64,000 nucleotides of DNA from Octopus sinensis (GCF_006345805.1 NW_021835977.1:1-64000), one strand, 5' to 3'; numbered from the stretch's first letter, positions 11,770 through 25,009 are shown. Translations and numbers: made by a program. The notes: generated by a model not told the origin, from the letters alone.

Positions 11770-12155
11770 ACGAGTGCCGTGAAGGGTTGCGGTATTGGAC
11801 TCACTACTTCTATTCCTTGGTGCGATTCTCAGCTACTGCAGCACATTGAATCCCTTAGCAAGATGGACTAACGTCTCGTTCGGAGCAGAATACTTGTAAT
11901 TTCAGTCTAAACAAATTGAAAAATCCGAATAAAACCCAGCCATGTAAGCAATGAGGGCCCCCACCTGAATTTGTCCCACGTAAACCTTTGTCCCTCAAGG
12001 CAAAACGGCTATTTATCTCCAGCTGGAAATAAGTAACCGTAGACAAGAGCCCATACCAAGTACTGTTACCCGGAGCCAAGTGAACCCTAGATTCGTGTCA
12101 GGAAGGATCGTCACGCGATAAGGCTGTGACAGAGGTCACTACCCACAGACGAAAG
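11770..12155 (-). mobile_element. LINE 5'UTR-like GC-richer repeat (RTE-like), homologous at its 5' end to 45335-45625
   Basis: GTGGGTAG...GTGACGA...CTGACACGA...GGCTC...ACAGTAC..GGTATGGGC shared with 45338-45450; a 38-bp piece recurs at 14527-14565. Confidence 0.5.
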
Positions 12156-12532
12156 ATTATGATATCTAATAATATATATTAATATTACAATATATAATAT
12201 CACCGTAGGAATGACTATAACAGAGAATGTGTGTTTTTAATTATTTTAGCCCTACCATATGATCTCTGAATTAATCCTTTGCCAAAAATGCTCAACTCAA
12301 GTGTATATGTTTAAGTAATGTGATACAGCAACATTTTTATATTTATAAAGGCAATAATACATTTACATTTTAATTAATATATATTTTGTAAATGATGGGT
12401 GTTTGTGTGTGCGTGCGTGTATGTGTGTCTGTAGTATATTGTTAAAGTTGAAATAATGTATTCATTTGGTTAAGTTGTGTATGAGCTAGTATGTGGGAGC
12501 TAATATGCCACTGCAACGACGAAATATTTACA

Positions 12533-12631
<99 letters not shown>

Positions 12632-12763
12632 TGTGTGCGTGAGTGCGTACGCACAGACATATGCATACAAAATTGTGTGTTTGTGTATATGTAAGTATGT
12701 ACACACACATATATATATATGCATTTGTATCTATGTACATATACATGTGTATATATATTTATA

Positions 12764-13068
12764 TATCACGTGATCACGTGACCGACCTGGCCATCAGAGT
12801 TTGCTACACACCGCTGGTCATAATGCGCTTCATTGTTTTAGCCTTCAAATGACGCCACCCCGCTGGCTAAGCGAGCAGGCCAACAGAAGAAAGAGTGAGA
12901 GAAAATTGTGGCGAGTACAGCAGGGATCGTCATCACCGCCTGCCTGAACCTCGTGGAGCTTTAGGTGTTTTCGCTCAATAAACACGCACAACGCCCGGTC
13001 TGGGAATCGAAACCGCGATCCTACGACCGCGAGTCCGCTGCCCTAACCACTGGGCCATTGCGCCTCCA
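12764..13068 (-). mobile_element. SINE family C, tail type 1
   Basis: Reverse near-identical to 9543-9849. Confidence 0.92.
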
Positions 13069-13778
13069 TATATATCTGCTTGCTCGTGTGTGTAGTTATA
13101 TGGGAAGCACTTAGGTGAATGAAAAGCGTGTCGTCAATACTTAAATTAGTACTGAATACCGTATTTGGAAAGTTAGAGTAACGCTCTATATATCACTCTG
13201 TCTATCTACCTAGTTATCGCTCCCTGTCGTTTGGTTAGTAACATAGCTTGCTGGTTGCTGTTCGTCCTTCATTTACGAAAAAAGCTAAATGTCAACCTCT
13301 TAGTTACGCAGGGAACTTGCTGTTCATGACTCGGGATGAATCTAAAGAAGTGGCTGTATTTCATCATATCTGATGCGCTCGATAATCAAAACACCTCAGC
13401 GGTGGTTTGATTACGCTCAGCTATCTTGTTGATTATGTTCAAATTCCATTGGAGAAACCTTAGATCTATGTAAGAAATTTAGAAATACATCGTACTTATA
13501 ATAACCACACTGAATTATTTCAAGCGAATACTTCGCTGAAAAGGTCTAAAATGACCAAGTTATCTGAACAATTGGCTTTAACAATTCTCAACAATTGCTT
13601 TCAACAATTGGCTTGAAACATCCGGTCTGATTACATCCTTTTCTAAAAGAAAATATAGGTGCAGACGTCAAGAAGTTTCCTTCCCAATCATATGGTCTGG
13701 CTTTCAGTTCAACAGCGTATCTTTTAGTATGGCTTCGGGCCGACCAAAGCCACGTGAGTGGTTCTGACAGACATTGCA

Positions 13779-13925
<147 letters not shown>

Positions 13926-14050
13926 CAAAATGCGTGGCCTAGTGTTTAGGATGTTGGACTCAAAGCACATTGTGACAGTGATATATAGCAATATCCGGTA
14001 TTCTGGATGATCACGTGGTATATATCAATCTCGCTCTGTCTCTGTATTTG

Positions 14051-14122
<72 letters not shown>

Positions 14123-14252
14123 TCTGAATGATATGATATATATATGTAAAAAAATGTAATACATAAATAAATATCTATAAACACGAACCATCCGATCTTC
14201 TGATTACCTCATTTCTTCTAATATATAATACCTGTACATCATCTCCAAACCT

Positions 14253-14283
<31 letters not shown>

Positions 14284-15423
14284 CAAATTTCTCTGTGATC
14301 CATGCTGTTGTAATCCTACCTTACTGGGTTTTCCAATCTACAGTTTTTCATCTTTTCAAATGACTGCAGTAGTTTCAAGATTGCACTCAAAACAACAGAT
14401 AATAGAAACAGCTATTGCTTTGTTTCAAAATTATGGGCCAGTAGAATTTGGCAAGATAAGATATTACACATCTCATGTGGACAAATAAATTTTGCTATAA
14501 ATTATTCCAAATATTAATTAACCTTAGTACTGTTACCCGGAGCCAACTGAACCCTAGATTCGTTTGGTATTATTAATTCTCCATTGCACGTCTTTCATTT
14601 ATTAATAGAAATTATAAAGATTTACTTGTTAGATAGACGTGTAAGGAATTTCTTATTTGTAAATCGTCAGGCAGAGAAAACAAAATTATAATAATTAGCC
14701 GTTCCCAAATGAAACACGTGTATTGAAAAATAAATAATATCAAAATACTTCGATCTGCCTTCGATAACTATGCAAATAGTGTTTGCATAATTCTCAATAT
14801 ATATATATGTATGTATATGTATATATATATATATGTACATATCTGCATAAATATATACATACATGCATACACACATACACATATGTATATACATACATAT
14901 ATACGAGGCTTTACCACAGGCTCTTGTCTATGTGTGTATATGTATGTATGTAAAGGTTTTCCACGGCCTAGTTTTTGACCCCGAATCAGCAGACTTATTC
15001 CTTATCCACCTGCAGGGAAATTTGGTAAAACGTATTTTTAGGAATCAGCTAGAACACAGATTGGGGCAGAAGCCCCCATTGATAGAAATACAAAGTTCCG
15101 GTCAATAGGTGTAGATTTTGCATCATTAGTGGCATACCAACCGGTGCCAGAATTGAACAGGAGGCTAGTTTATTACGATAACATATATATTTTCCTTCAT
15201 CTGTCGGGTTGCCAGTTCATGAAGTCAATCAAGGACTTTATAAAAATATGTTCCCGAACTCTCGGCTCTCATGTACTTGTTAGTGGGGAGTATACATAAA
15301 AAAAAAATTATCTTACGTGATGCCGTTTGTTTGTGATTAAAATATGCCCCCAGTTGGACCGTCTGTTTCCGAGGCGGGACATGGAAAGCTGATCGAAATA
15401 ACAAATCATATAAATGATGGCCA

Positions 15424-15435
15424 TTATCATTATTA

Positions 15436-15487
<52 letters not shown>

Positions 15488-15498
15488 CATTATTATTA

Positions 15499-15548
<50 letters not shown>

Positions 15549-15611
15549 TTATTATCATCATCATCATCATCATTATTATTATTATCATTATCATTATTAT
15601 CATTATTATTA

Positions 15612-15657
<46 letters not shown>

Positions 15658-15737
15658 CATCATCATCATCATCATCATCATTATTATTATCATTATCATT
15701 ATTATTATTGTTATTATTATTATTACGATTATTATTA

Positions 15738-15804
<67 letters not shown>

Positions 15805-15965
15805 CATTATTATTATTATCATCATTATTATAATTCTAAGGACAGTAGTAACAGTAATAGCGATAATTGGTAGTGCTACTAGTGGGAACGTGGTCATGGT
15901 TGTAATAGTTGTAAAGGTGATAGTAGTAGTAGTAGTTGTAGTAGTAGTAATAGTAGTACTAGTAC

Positions 15966-16012
<47 letters not shown>
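15424..16012. repeat. compound (ATT)n/(ATC)n/(AGT)n microsatellite
   Basis: Direct inspection; source of the long spurious ORFs at 15344-16120. Confidence 0.95.
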
Positions 16013-16308
16013 ATGGGGCAGGTAGGGGTAATGAATGACACAGATCATTGGGAGATCAGTATTTGTGTATTGTATTTCATTTCTTTTTTATTGTTGTTGT
16101 TGTTGTTCCTTAAGTTCTGAACCTGGCATTTGCTGCTGTGAACCGTGATGAAATTAAATGTGGAACCGATTTACACTCAGTAACAACGCGCGTGCGTTTG
16201 TTTATCTGAATGTGTTCCTGTGCATATGTGTGTTCGTGTGTGTGTGTGTATAAGTATGAATACATACATACATATATACGTACATACATGCATACATACA
16301 TACATACA

Positions 16309-16391
<83 letters not shown>

Positions 16392-16406
16392 CACACACAC
16401 ACACAC

Positions 16407-16444
<38 letters not shown>

Positions 16445-16446
<2 letters not shown>

Positions 16447-17265
16447 ATATATAAACGATGAAAATATTTTGATACAAATGAAAATTAACGGTTTTTGTGT
16501 GATCTTCAATGACTTACAAATATCCTCCACGCTGCAATTGTTTTTGTTTCAACACCCGATCTCAGATCAAGTCGCTTGCTATGCAAGTACATCACCGTAA
16601 TATATTGTGAATTTCCAAGGCTATGTTATCTAGGCGGATACCACGTTTGCTGGCAATTCGCTCCAGATGTCTGCAAACAGAAGGGTCCGTATTCGATGCT
16701 CCTATTTACAATAAGTTGTTGGATATTGGTAAATATCCTACTCAGAACTGCAAACGTCCCATAGAGCGTAAAATAACATTAATAATATGGAGAATGGAGA
16801 TGTGAACATCGATAATTTATTTTACAGTTATTTACAGCGTATTGCCATGACCTACACGTGTTTCCATTACAGCGACTGCACACTGTTGCAAATGCAACCT
16901 TGCAATATTGTCAGTGTAGTTTTACAAGCCTCTGTACTTTAGATCCGTTTCAAATTAAACTGGCTGAAGAAAGTGTTTGTTGTTCAGTGGTCAGTAGAAG
17001 GTAGGGATGTTGCTGTTTATAGGAACTTGACCTATAGCTCACTCCAGCCGTAGTTGTAGGTGGAGTATGGACTTAAAATTAGGTCAAGGATGTTTTTTTT
17101 TGTTGCAGTGTTCAAAGTATTTCCTAATTGTCCTGTATGCTACCTGTTGTAATTAGTACATTGTCTTCGTAGAAGTATTTAGTTAGGTTTGGTTCATCTC
17201 TTGGGGATTTTTGGTAGCCCATTTATTAGTATTGTGTACTGAGTAATATATTCCTTTAAATTGTC
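16445..17265 (-). mobile_element. Penelope-like element remnant: GIY-YIG region (16620-17265) next to a pLTR-like piece (16445-16605)
   Basis: Minus translation includes KHP*PNFKSIL and CSRCNGN..VGHGNTL, resembling PLE KRQPPNLKSIL and CxxC..YIGETG motifs; pLTR piece is shared with 11100-11230. Confidence 0.6.
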
Positions 17266-17271
17266 CAATAT

Positions 17272-17348
17272 CGCCCGGTCTGAGATTCGAACCTGCGATC
17301 CCTCGACCGCGAGTCCACTGCTCTAACCACTAGGCCATGTGCTTCCAC
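17272..17348 (-). mobile_element. SINE family C, head only
   Basis: A and B boxes, identical layout to other copies. Confidence 0.85.
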
Positions 17349-17599
17349 ACATACATACATACACACAAAATCTTAGTGCAAGGCTCAGAATACTTTGCAA
17401 AGACGTGGAAAGAGGAACGGGCTATATAAGAGGAAAAGACTACGCATGCGTATGTTTCCCGTAATCTAGATAAAAATAACAAGATTAACACGAAGTGTAG
17501 CTTTTCCTTCACTCACGACCGCTCCATCAAATCATGAGTTGAAGGCTATGTTTTCGGAATCTATGAGCTAGAAAATATCACGTAAAGTAAAGAGACAGC

Positions 17600-17980
17600 G
17601 AAGCCATTAACATTCTAAGATGCAACTGCAAGTTTCGATAATGCCACACTTCTGTAGATGACATAACATATGCATTCAGCAGCTATCCAAAAATGTCTTC
17701 GAGGTACTACCTCCTTCTGTGACATAATGTTCTTGCTAAAAAGATATACAATGCTATCTTCAGAAAAGACTTCCCGGAGATAAATGTTAACACCTGCTAT
17801 GGAATACATGCATAACAGCACAAGGAATATTGGTGGGATATTCCTGTCAAAATATCTATGAGTGCAAATATAACAGACCATAGAACTATAGATAATCGGG
17901 ACCGAAAAATCTAGTTGTCTCACAGATGCGAACATTTTCTTTAAAATCTGAGAGAAGGACAATATCTATGGACATATGTC
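17600..17980 (+). pseudogene. R4/Dong-like (RLE) LINE fragment, CCHC/endonuclease region
   Basis: ..CHTSVDDITYAFSSYPKMSSRYYLLL*HNVLAKKIYNAI...KEYWWDIPVKIS.. Confidence 0.75.
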
Positions 17981-18679
17981 TCGAAATCTATAATCTCTCC
18001 CCTATACCTACTAATTAACATTAGTACCATTAATTATTAGTACACTTGATTATGTCAAATAAAGCCCAAGTCACAATCTGGAGAAACTAGGATTTTCAAG
18101 CAAAGAAAGAGACCGCTAACACAAACTTTACAGATATAATCTCTAAGCGGTACAGTAAAAATGTGCAACACATTGGTAAATTCGATATGTATTCATTATT
18201 ATCATGAAAACTCCAGTGAGTCAGCTCTCCTACGTAATGCGTTTCTACCTTTTCGAATACTAAACTATTTAAACTTTTCTCTTTCTTTATATACAGTAGT
18301 TCGTGTATAAGTTACATTTTGCGCCTTTTTCTCAAAATATATGTGCTGGAGAATAATATTATGTATACAGTTTAACGGTTATTCTTTTTATAGTCATTGA
18401 AATCAAGGAAAACTCAAGAAAATTATCATTTACGTACACAAACAGTACTGCAGAAATCAGTATGTTAATACCCAGCTTTACGAGTCTCTGAGTAGTAACA
18501 AAATAATCACAGTAATGCATTAAATAATTTGCCTCCAAGTCTTATACTGAGTTCTTTACTTCCTCTTCGTAGACTCAAATGCGTGTATACACACACGCAA
18601 ACACAAACTCGTGTGTGTGTATATGCGATAATGAGATGCGTACGTTTAGCTTTTGATAGCGACGTATTTTTATGAGAGA

Positions 18680-18902
18680 TACACCGTGAGTGCTGAAAAG
18701 TACCTGGCTTTGGATAAAAGAAAATACAGGAGGATCAGCTAATCATGATTTTATTCAACATATTCCCCTCTCAGAATCAAACATTTATTGCAGCTATCTT
18801 TCAGTTTAACTAAGGCCTGTAAGAGAAAGCAGAAGTTTGAGCCTCCAACCAGGCCTTTAAGGAGACCATTAAAACCAGGAACTTTTCAGCACCACCTCGT
18901 AT
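18680..18902. mobile_element. mariner-type MITE
   Basis: TIRs GTGCTGAAAAGTACCTGGCTTT / AAAACCAGGAACTTTTCAGCACCACCTCG followed by TA. Confidence 0.8.
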
Positions 18903-19119
18903 ATATACATGTCATTATTCAGTTTTAATTCAAAATTTTTGCCAAGAAAGAAAAGAACCGCTTTCTATCCTAGATCCAAGGCTTCTTCATTGGAATTTCA
19001 ACAACATCAACACAGCATTTTTGTACGTATATATATATATATATATGTACAGCCTTTTATGTTTTTTTTTATGCATGTGTTCAAATGCACATAGTTGCAC
19101 ATCTAGACATGCTCATATA

Positions 19120-19475
19120 TACTAAAACGATAAACTTCTGGAAAGTTTTATAGATTTTTACAGTTCCAGTGATGGATTGAATCTGTAGTCTTCAAATCAG
19201 CTTTCTTCTTTCTGCTTTTAACAAGCCTAATTTCTCAAGATTGGTATTTAGGAAGTGTGTTGCATATCACACTGCCCAATAATTACAGGTATGAGCATGA
19301 ACTTGTAATTTGGGTAGAGTAACTGCAAATTTCTTGATAGTTCAGCGTAGGTAATTTCTTTGTCGCTGATCGTTAGCTTTATGCTACCATCTGTTGGGCA
19401 GCTGATTTCCACAGCTGTACATAGTCTCTACCCTCTATCCCAGACCAACATGTCAGGTCTATTGTATCTATGCAT
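19120..19475 (-). pseudogene. R4/Dong-like LINE 3' fragment, restriction-like endonuclease
   Basis: RPDMLVWDRG*RLCTAVEISCPTDGSIKLTISDKEITYAELSRNLQLLYPNYKFMLIPVIIG (PD..E..K motif). Confidence 0.8.
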
Positions 19476-19510
19476 GCATCTATGTAAGTATTTATGATAT
19501 ATGTATGCTA

Positions 19511-19582
<72 letters not shown>

Positions 19583-19687
19583 TTATTAATAGTAATGGCA
19601 TGACGACAAAATAAGGAATAAGATACCGATATTATGTAAATAGAAGAATTTATATGTAATATAATAAGTGACAATATTTTTTTCTTT

Positions 19688-19757
19688 GCCTTGATAACTG
19701 ACGAGATGCCGGAGGACATTTTTGCCCGATATCCGAAACTCGGAGTTTTATTATGGC
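19688..19757 (+). ncRNA. minimal type-I hammerhead ribozyme, intact catalytic core
   Basis: Helix I GCCUUGAUAA/UUAUUAUGGC (9 of 10 pairs), CUGACGA 19698-19704, helix II GAUGCCGG/CCGAUAUC (7 of 8), GAAAC 19735-19739, near-palindromic ACUCGGAGU helix III, GUU triplet 19745-19747. Confidence 0.75.
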
Positions 19758-19834
19758 AAACGAATAATTGTGACATATCATACAGATAGATATCTATATA
19801 ATATATTTACAAAATATTATAAGTATATATATAC

Positions 19835-19902
<68 letters not shown>

Positions 19903-19931
19903 CACATATATGTATGTTCATATATACACAC

Positions 19932-19964
<33 letters not shown>

Positions 19965-20406
19965 ATATATATAATATAAAATATATATATATATATATAC
20001 ATACATACACATATGCACACATAACTATATCTATTGAAATTAGCAAGAAAGGGGTTGACTGTGACTTCGGAGTGATAGCCTCTGTGTATCACTATGTGAT
20101 AGATGATATATAAATTGATTCCAAAAACAGATGCAAATGAAATTCATTATATTTGCCAAGCCGTTAAAGTTATGTATTCAATTAAGGGCGTCAATTAATT
20201 TCAGTGTATAATTAAGGTATAATGTGTTGAGATGACGTCAACTATGTGTATTGAAATACTGCAATGACGTCATCATGTGTAGCAATTAAACATACTTGCA
20301 TTAACACCAGCAATATTTTAGTATATCAATGGATATTTGCTATCATAACTTTAACATCATTACATGCATATATGCTTGTGCAAACTGTGATACACACATG
20401 CATATG

Positions 20407-20481
<75 letters not shown>

Positions 20482-20490
<9 letters not shown>

Positions 20491-20687
20491 GACAGTGTGA
20501 TACACACATGCATATACAGACATATATTATACATACACGCATGCACATACACACACATACATACGCACATATATATATATATATAATATATGTGTGTGTG
20601 TGGTGCGTATGTATGTGGTGTATGTGCATGCGTTATTATATGTATATGTCTGTATATGCATATGTGTATCACACTGTCTGCATATAT
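20482..20687. repeat. imperfect inverted repeat, approx. 85-bp arms around a (TA)n/(TG)n spacer
   Basis: GCAGACAGTGTGATACACACATGCATATACAGACATAT at 20488 is mirrored at 20645-20681. Confidence 0.85.
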
Positions 20688-20853
20688 TTGATGTTCACAA
20701 AGATGTATATATTTATGTGCGTGTGTATGTGTGTATGTATATACATATATATATAATATACGCATAAATAGGCATATTTACAGATATATACATGCAAATA
20801 TATAAATAAATATACACATCTACGCATATACACATACGTACATACATATGGAC

Positions 20854-20919
<66 letters not shown>

Positions 20920-21894
20920 TTCAACCATCATAGTAAAAGGCTTCATTTCCTTCCAAATGCCAACCAGTTTATAGAGTGCATGTATATATACCGCCGTATG
21001 GCATCCATAGGTCTTTCTTACGATTCAGCACTAAACGTATGTGAGCGTGTATGTGTGTTTGTGTGTATATATATGTGTATGCATGTGCATATATATATGT
21101 GCCTGTGAATGTTTCCTGTGCATATAATAAAAGTCCTTAGGTCGATTTGTTCAAGTAAACTCCTCAACGCGGTGTCCCACTTTGGCCGCAATCCAATGAC
21201 TGACACAAATAAAAGATTAAATATCACTTGTAAAGAACTGAACTGACATTGAATAGCACTAGAAACAATACTTTGCCCGTAAAATACTTTTCAACACAAA
21301 GCTAACAACAATTCATTGTTCACCAAACGATGCCTCATATTTTCCCATAAACAACCACACCTATTTATATATTTCATGTAGCAAGTGCCAGACACATAAA
21401 CAGGTTTTTTTTAGACGGGTGGCCCAGATGTACTTTACTGCTTGATGATCCACAAAAGAACTTATGCGAATGTACAACCTTAATAGTCAATATATTTAAT
21501 AAGAGTACATCGATGTTCCCTTGCGTTGAGTTTTCTACGTCGTCTGGGCTTAGCTTTCTACTCCACGAGTAATACCACACACACATTTCAATGTATGCAT
21601 GTATGTATGTATGTATGTATGTATGTATGTATGTATGTATGTATGTATGTATGTATGTATCTATGTATATGTATATATTACCACTCCGCACAGTGGGACA
21701 TAGTTTTTCTATTCGTCTGTTGACCTTGAGAGGAAGCCGATAGCAAAGAGACTTTGATGTTACTGCAAAAAATTTAAATTCAGACTCTGTTACTTTAGTG
21801 AGTCCATCTTACGGTTGTTAATGTGTGTGTGTGTATGTACGTATGTATGTATGTACGTATGTATATATATATATTATATATATATATATAATAT

Positions 21895-21932
<38 letters not shown>

Positions 21933-22433
21933 TAGATAGAAGGACAGATAGATAAAGCGAGATACATACATACATGCATACATATATAGGGAACTATGTT
22001 ACCACCTTCATTAGTTTGCAGCTGTTTGCGCAATAAAAAGCAATGTACTTAGAACTGAGTGTTTGTGCAACTTCCTATAGCTTCATCGAAGCCATATTTA
22101 GATGCGTTTTGTTGTCCTTGTGCAGCTCATTTTTTAGCCTTCTCCGAAGAGATCCATGATCAAATACATAGCAGCGATGATGATTTGGTCCTTTCTTTTT
22201 AAAACAGTGAGGTTTCGTTGGCTGCTGCTTCTAGCAATTCAAACATCTACGTGGAGCCCACTTGTTAGTCCTGTACTGACATTTTATTGCTATTGTTGAG
22301 CACGTTATTTAGCTAAATCTCTATCTGATTGAGCTCACCTATAACCAAACGTGTTCTCGATGTGGTCACCTTATTTCATTTTTGAGTTTTTGTATCGAAA
22401 TTTCAATACATAATGTATATGTATGTCCATTTG

Positions 22434-22750
22434 AAGCAATGGTTCTCAACTGTCTTTATTTTTACCTATGGACCCCTTTGATTATCATTTTATTCAGGTG
22501 GACCCCCATAGCCATTCGATGTTTAAAATGTAGTTGTATAGATACTTCTTTCAAATTTCGTATTTTGTTTCCCATACATTAACTTGTGTAAAGTGAATTC
22601 TGTAAAATGCCAGAGAAAGAACCCTCGCTTTTTCTTGCAATAAATACTACGGAAGTAACATTTTATCATGCACATTCAATAGACTACTGCTGGTCCCCAA
22701 TTTAGTATTATGCTTGTCTGGACCCCTCAAAAATCTTATATGGACGCAGA
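22434..22750. mobile_element. hAT/Charlie-like MITE remnant
   Basis: CAATGGTTCTCAAC terminus and repeated TGGACCCC motifs. Confidence 0.5.
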
Positions 22751-23151
22751 TTAAAAGAAAAACAAATAGATATAATTTGAGTTAACTGATACTTCGAGCA
22801 GGCCGATCGACCGTGAAGAGCACTCCTACATGTAAAACGGAAATTTTTGCTGACAATGGTGCATATTTAATTGACATAGCAATTTGATATTACTGGTACT
22901 TTTTTTTTATTCATTGGAAATTATAAATTTTTAAATGGCCTCCGTTGGGATTTAAGCGCAGAGTATATTAGACTACTATAAAACGTTTAATTGGGCACCC
23001 TGATGTTTTGCCAATTATTCTACTACTATATATTACATGAGTAAATGACGGACTCTCCTTACGTATAGAGTAACTCGCTAGAAAGAGCAGCAAAATCTTT
23101 CCCTCAATTTACTCACTAAGTAAATTTGTGTGGTAAGAAGGCAGCTTCTGA

Positions 23152-23381
23152 AGGCAGCGAGCTGGCAGAAACGTTAGCACGCCGGGCGAAATGCTTAGCG
23201 GGATTTTGTCTGCCGTTACGTTCTGAGTTCAAATTCCACCGAGGTTGACTTTGCCTTTCATCCTTTCGGGGTCGATAAATTAAGTACCAGTTACGCATTG
23301 GGGTCGATGTAATCGACTTAATCCCTTTGTTCTTGTTTGTCCCCTCTATGTTTAGCCCCTTGTGAGCAATAAAGAAATAAG
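23152..23381 (+). mobile_element. SINE family A, full length
   Basis: Best-preserved family A copy. Confidence 0.92.
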
Positions 23382-23384
23382 AAG

Positions 23385-23770
23385 GCTGCTTCTGAACCAT
23401 ATGGTTCTGGGTTCAGTCCCACTGCATTTTATCTCGGACAAGTGACTTTTACAATAGTCCCGGGTCGTCCAAAGCCTTTTGAGTGGATTTGGTAGGCGGA
23501 AACTGAAAAAAGCTAGTCGTGTATATATGTATATGTATGTCATTGTGTCTGCGTTTGTGCCTTCCCCCACCCCACCACCGCTCAACAACAGATGTTGATG
23601 TGTTTACGTCCCCGTAACTTATCGTTTCGGCAAGAACGATCCGACAAGAATAAGTACCACGATTAGAAATATAAAAAAAGGCTACTTGGGTCAATTCATG
23701 TGACTAAAATTTCTCCAGGGTGGTGCCCCAGCATGGCCGCAGTCTAATTATTAAAACAAGTAAAAGATAG
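23385..23770 (+). mobile_element. SINE family B
   Basis: Family B body and tail immediately after the family A copy. Confidence 0.85.
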
Positions 23771-24706
23771 CAGATAAAAACAATATAATTATAGATTTCA
23801 GATGACGATTGGAATGCGTCTGTTCGAGCAAGAGTGAAGATGGTGGTTAAGTACCAGCGAAAACATATATTGTAAAAGAAAGCCTATGTGTAGTTAGTCG
23901 ATATACGAGAAACAGCAGCTAAGTCTACTTAATGATATTTCCGGTCGAATTACATAAAATCTTAGTGGCTTTGTGGATGCGAAACCATTAGTCACTGTAG
24001 GAGCAGAATGAATTTGAGTAACTGTTACCATAATTTACTTTAAGGTATGGATGAATTATGTTTAGCTTTAGCCTCTCCATTCTTATAAACACCAAGTCGC
24101 TGGCTTTGTGACCGTGTGTGCAATACCACCATGACCGATATCCAAACTACAGTGGAGAAGGCTAGCCACTGGTTTTGGTTAAAAAGAGACGATGGTTAGA
24201 AGAATATTGAGCTTTATTTGATAACCAGTTGATCTAGCAATCGGGGCCTCATATCAGTGAGGGTGGCCGGTGCGCATTGATGCCGTCGCGAGGTAGGCCC
24301 CGAAACAGCACGCATTCTCTCCTGATGACCCCATACATTTGCTGGCTTCCGATATGCGGAGTTTTCGACTGGTAGCACTTGAATGTGCAAGTTGTTTGCA
24401 AGACATGTGATCGTGTGTGCACCAAACCACACGTGTGCGTGTGCTTAAATTTTCGTGGATGTTTGTATGAGCGAGTGTACACGCGCCATGGAGATTGCGC
24501 GCGAACTTTTATACATCCATATCTGTTAACGGTTATTTTAAATACTTTTCTCGCTGTATTGCGTGTTCGTTTCTTTTTTGCATCTGTGATTTTATTTTTG
24601 ATCGTCTATATAAATGAAGAAATTTCCTTCGCTTTGATGCATTTTTTTTTTTTTTTACAAAATGAGAAGATACATTGCGGAAGTGTTATTTTAAAGAGTT
24701 GTATCA

Positions 24707-24820
24707 ATTTATCACCCGATGAGACACATCTGCACCGCAAGACGCTCCTGAACCAGTCGTTCAGTGTTCCACCCGTGAGGGATTGATGCTAGATGTGTCG
24801 AAACAATTGTCGTAATTAAT
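24707..24820 (+). ncRNA. type-I hammerhead motif with long helix II, U4C core change; PLE-like 3' region 24180-24850
   Basis: CCGAUGA 24716-24722, perfect 9-bp GACACAUCU/AGAUGUGUC, GAAAC-AAUU-GUC 24800-24811 (palindrome ACAAUUGU), helix I approx. 7 of 9 pairs. Confidence 0.75.
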
Positions 24821-24865
24821 AAAAATTCTCGTACATTCCGTCTTTCATATATCATATATATATAC

Positions 24866-24916
<51 letters not shown>

Positions 24917-25009
24917 CATACATAGATACATACATATATATATATATGTGTGTGTGCATGTGTATATGTATGTATGTATATATATGCGTGCGCACCCGTA
25001 TGTGTGTGT

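Noticed and set aside
15344-16120. 258-aa ORF and overlapping ORFs
   Set aside because: Homopolymeric Tyr/Ile/Val runs from trinucleotide repeats
17425-17512. Inverted repeat with palindrome TACGCATGCGTA and GAAAC..GUC on minus
   Set aside because: No CUGANGA core; a simple imperfect hairpin
24250-24400. GAAAC followed by CUGAUGA, suggesting a type II/III hammerhead
   Set aside because: Flanking strands are not complementary and there is no helix I hairpin between the motifs
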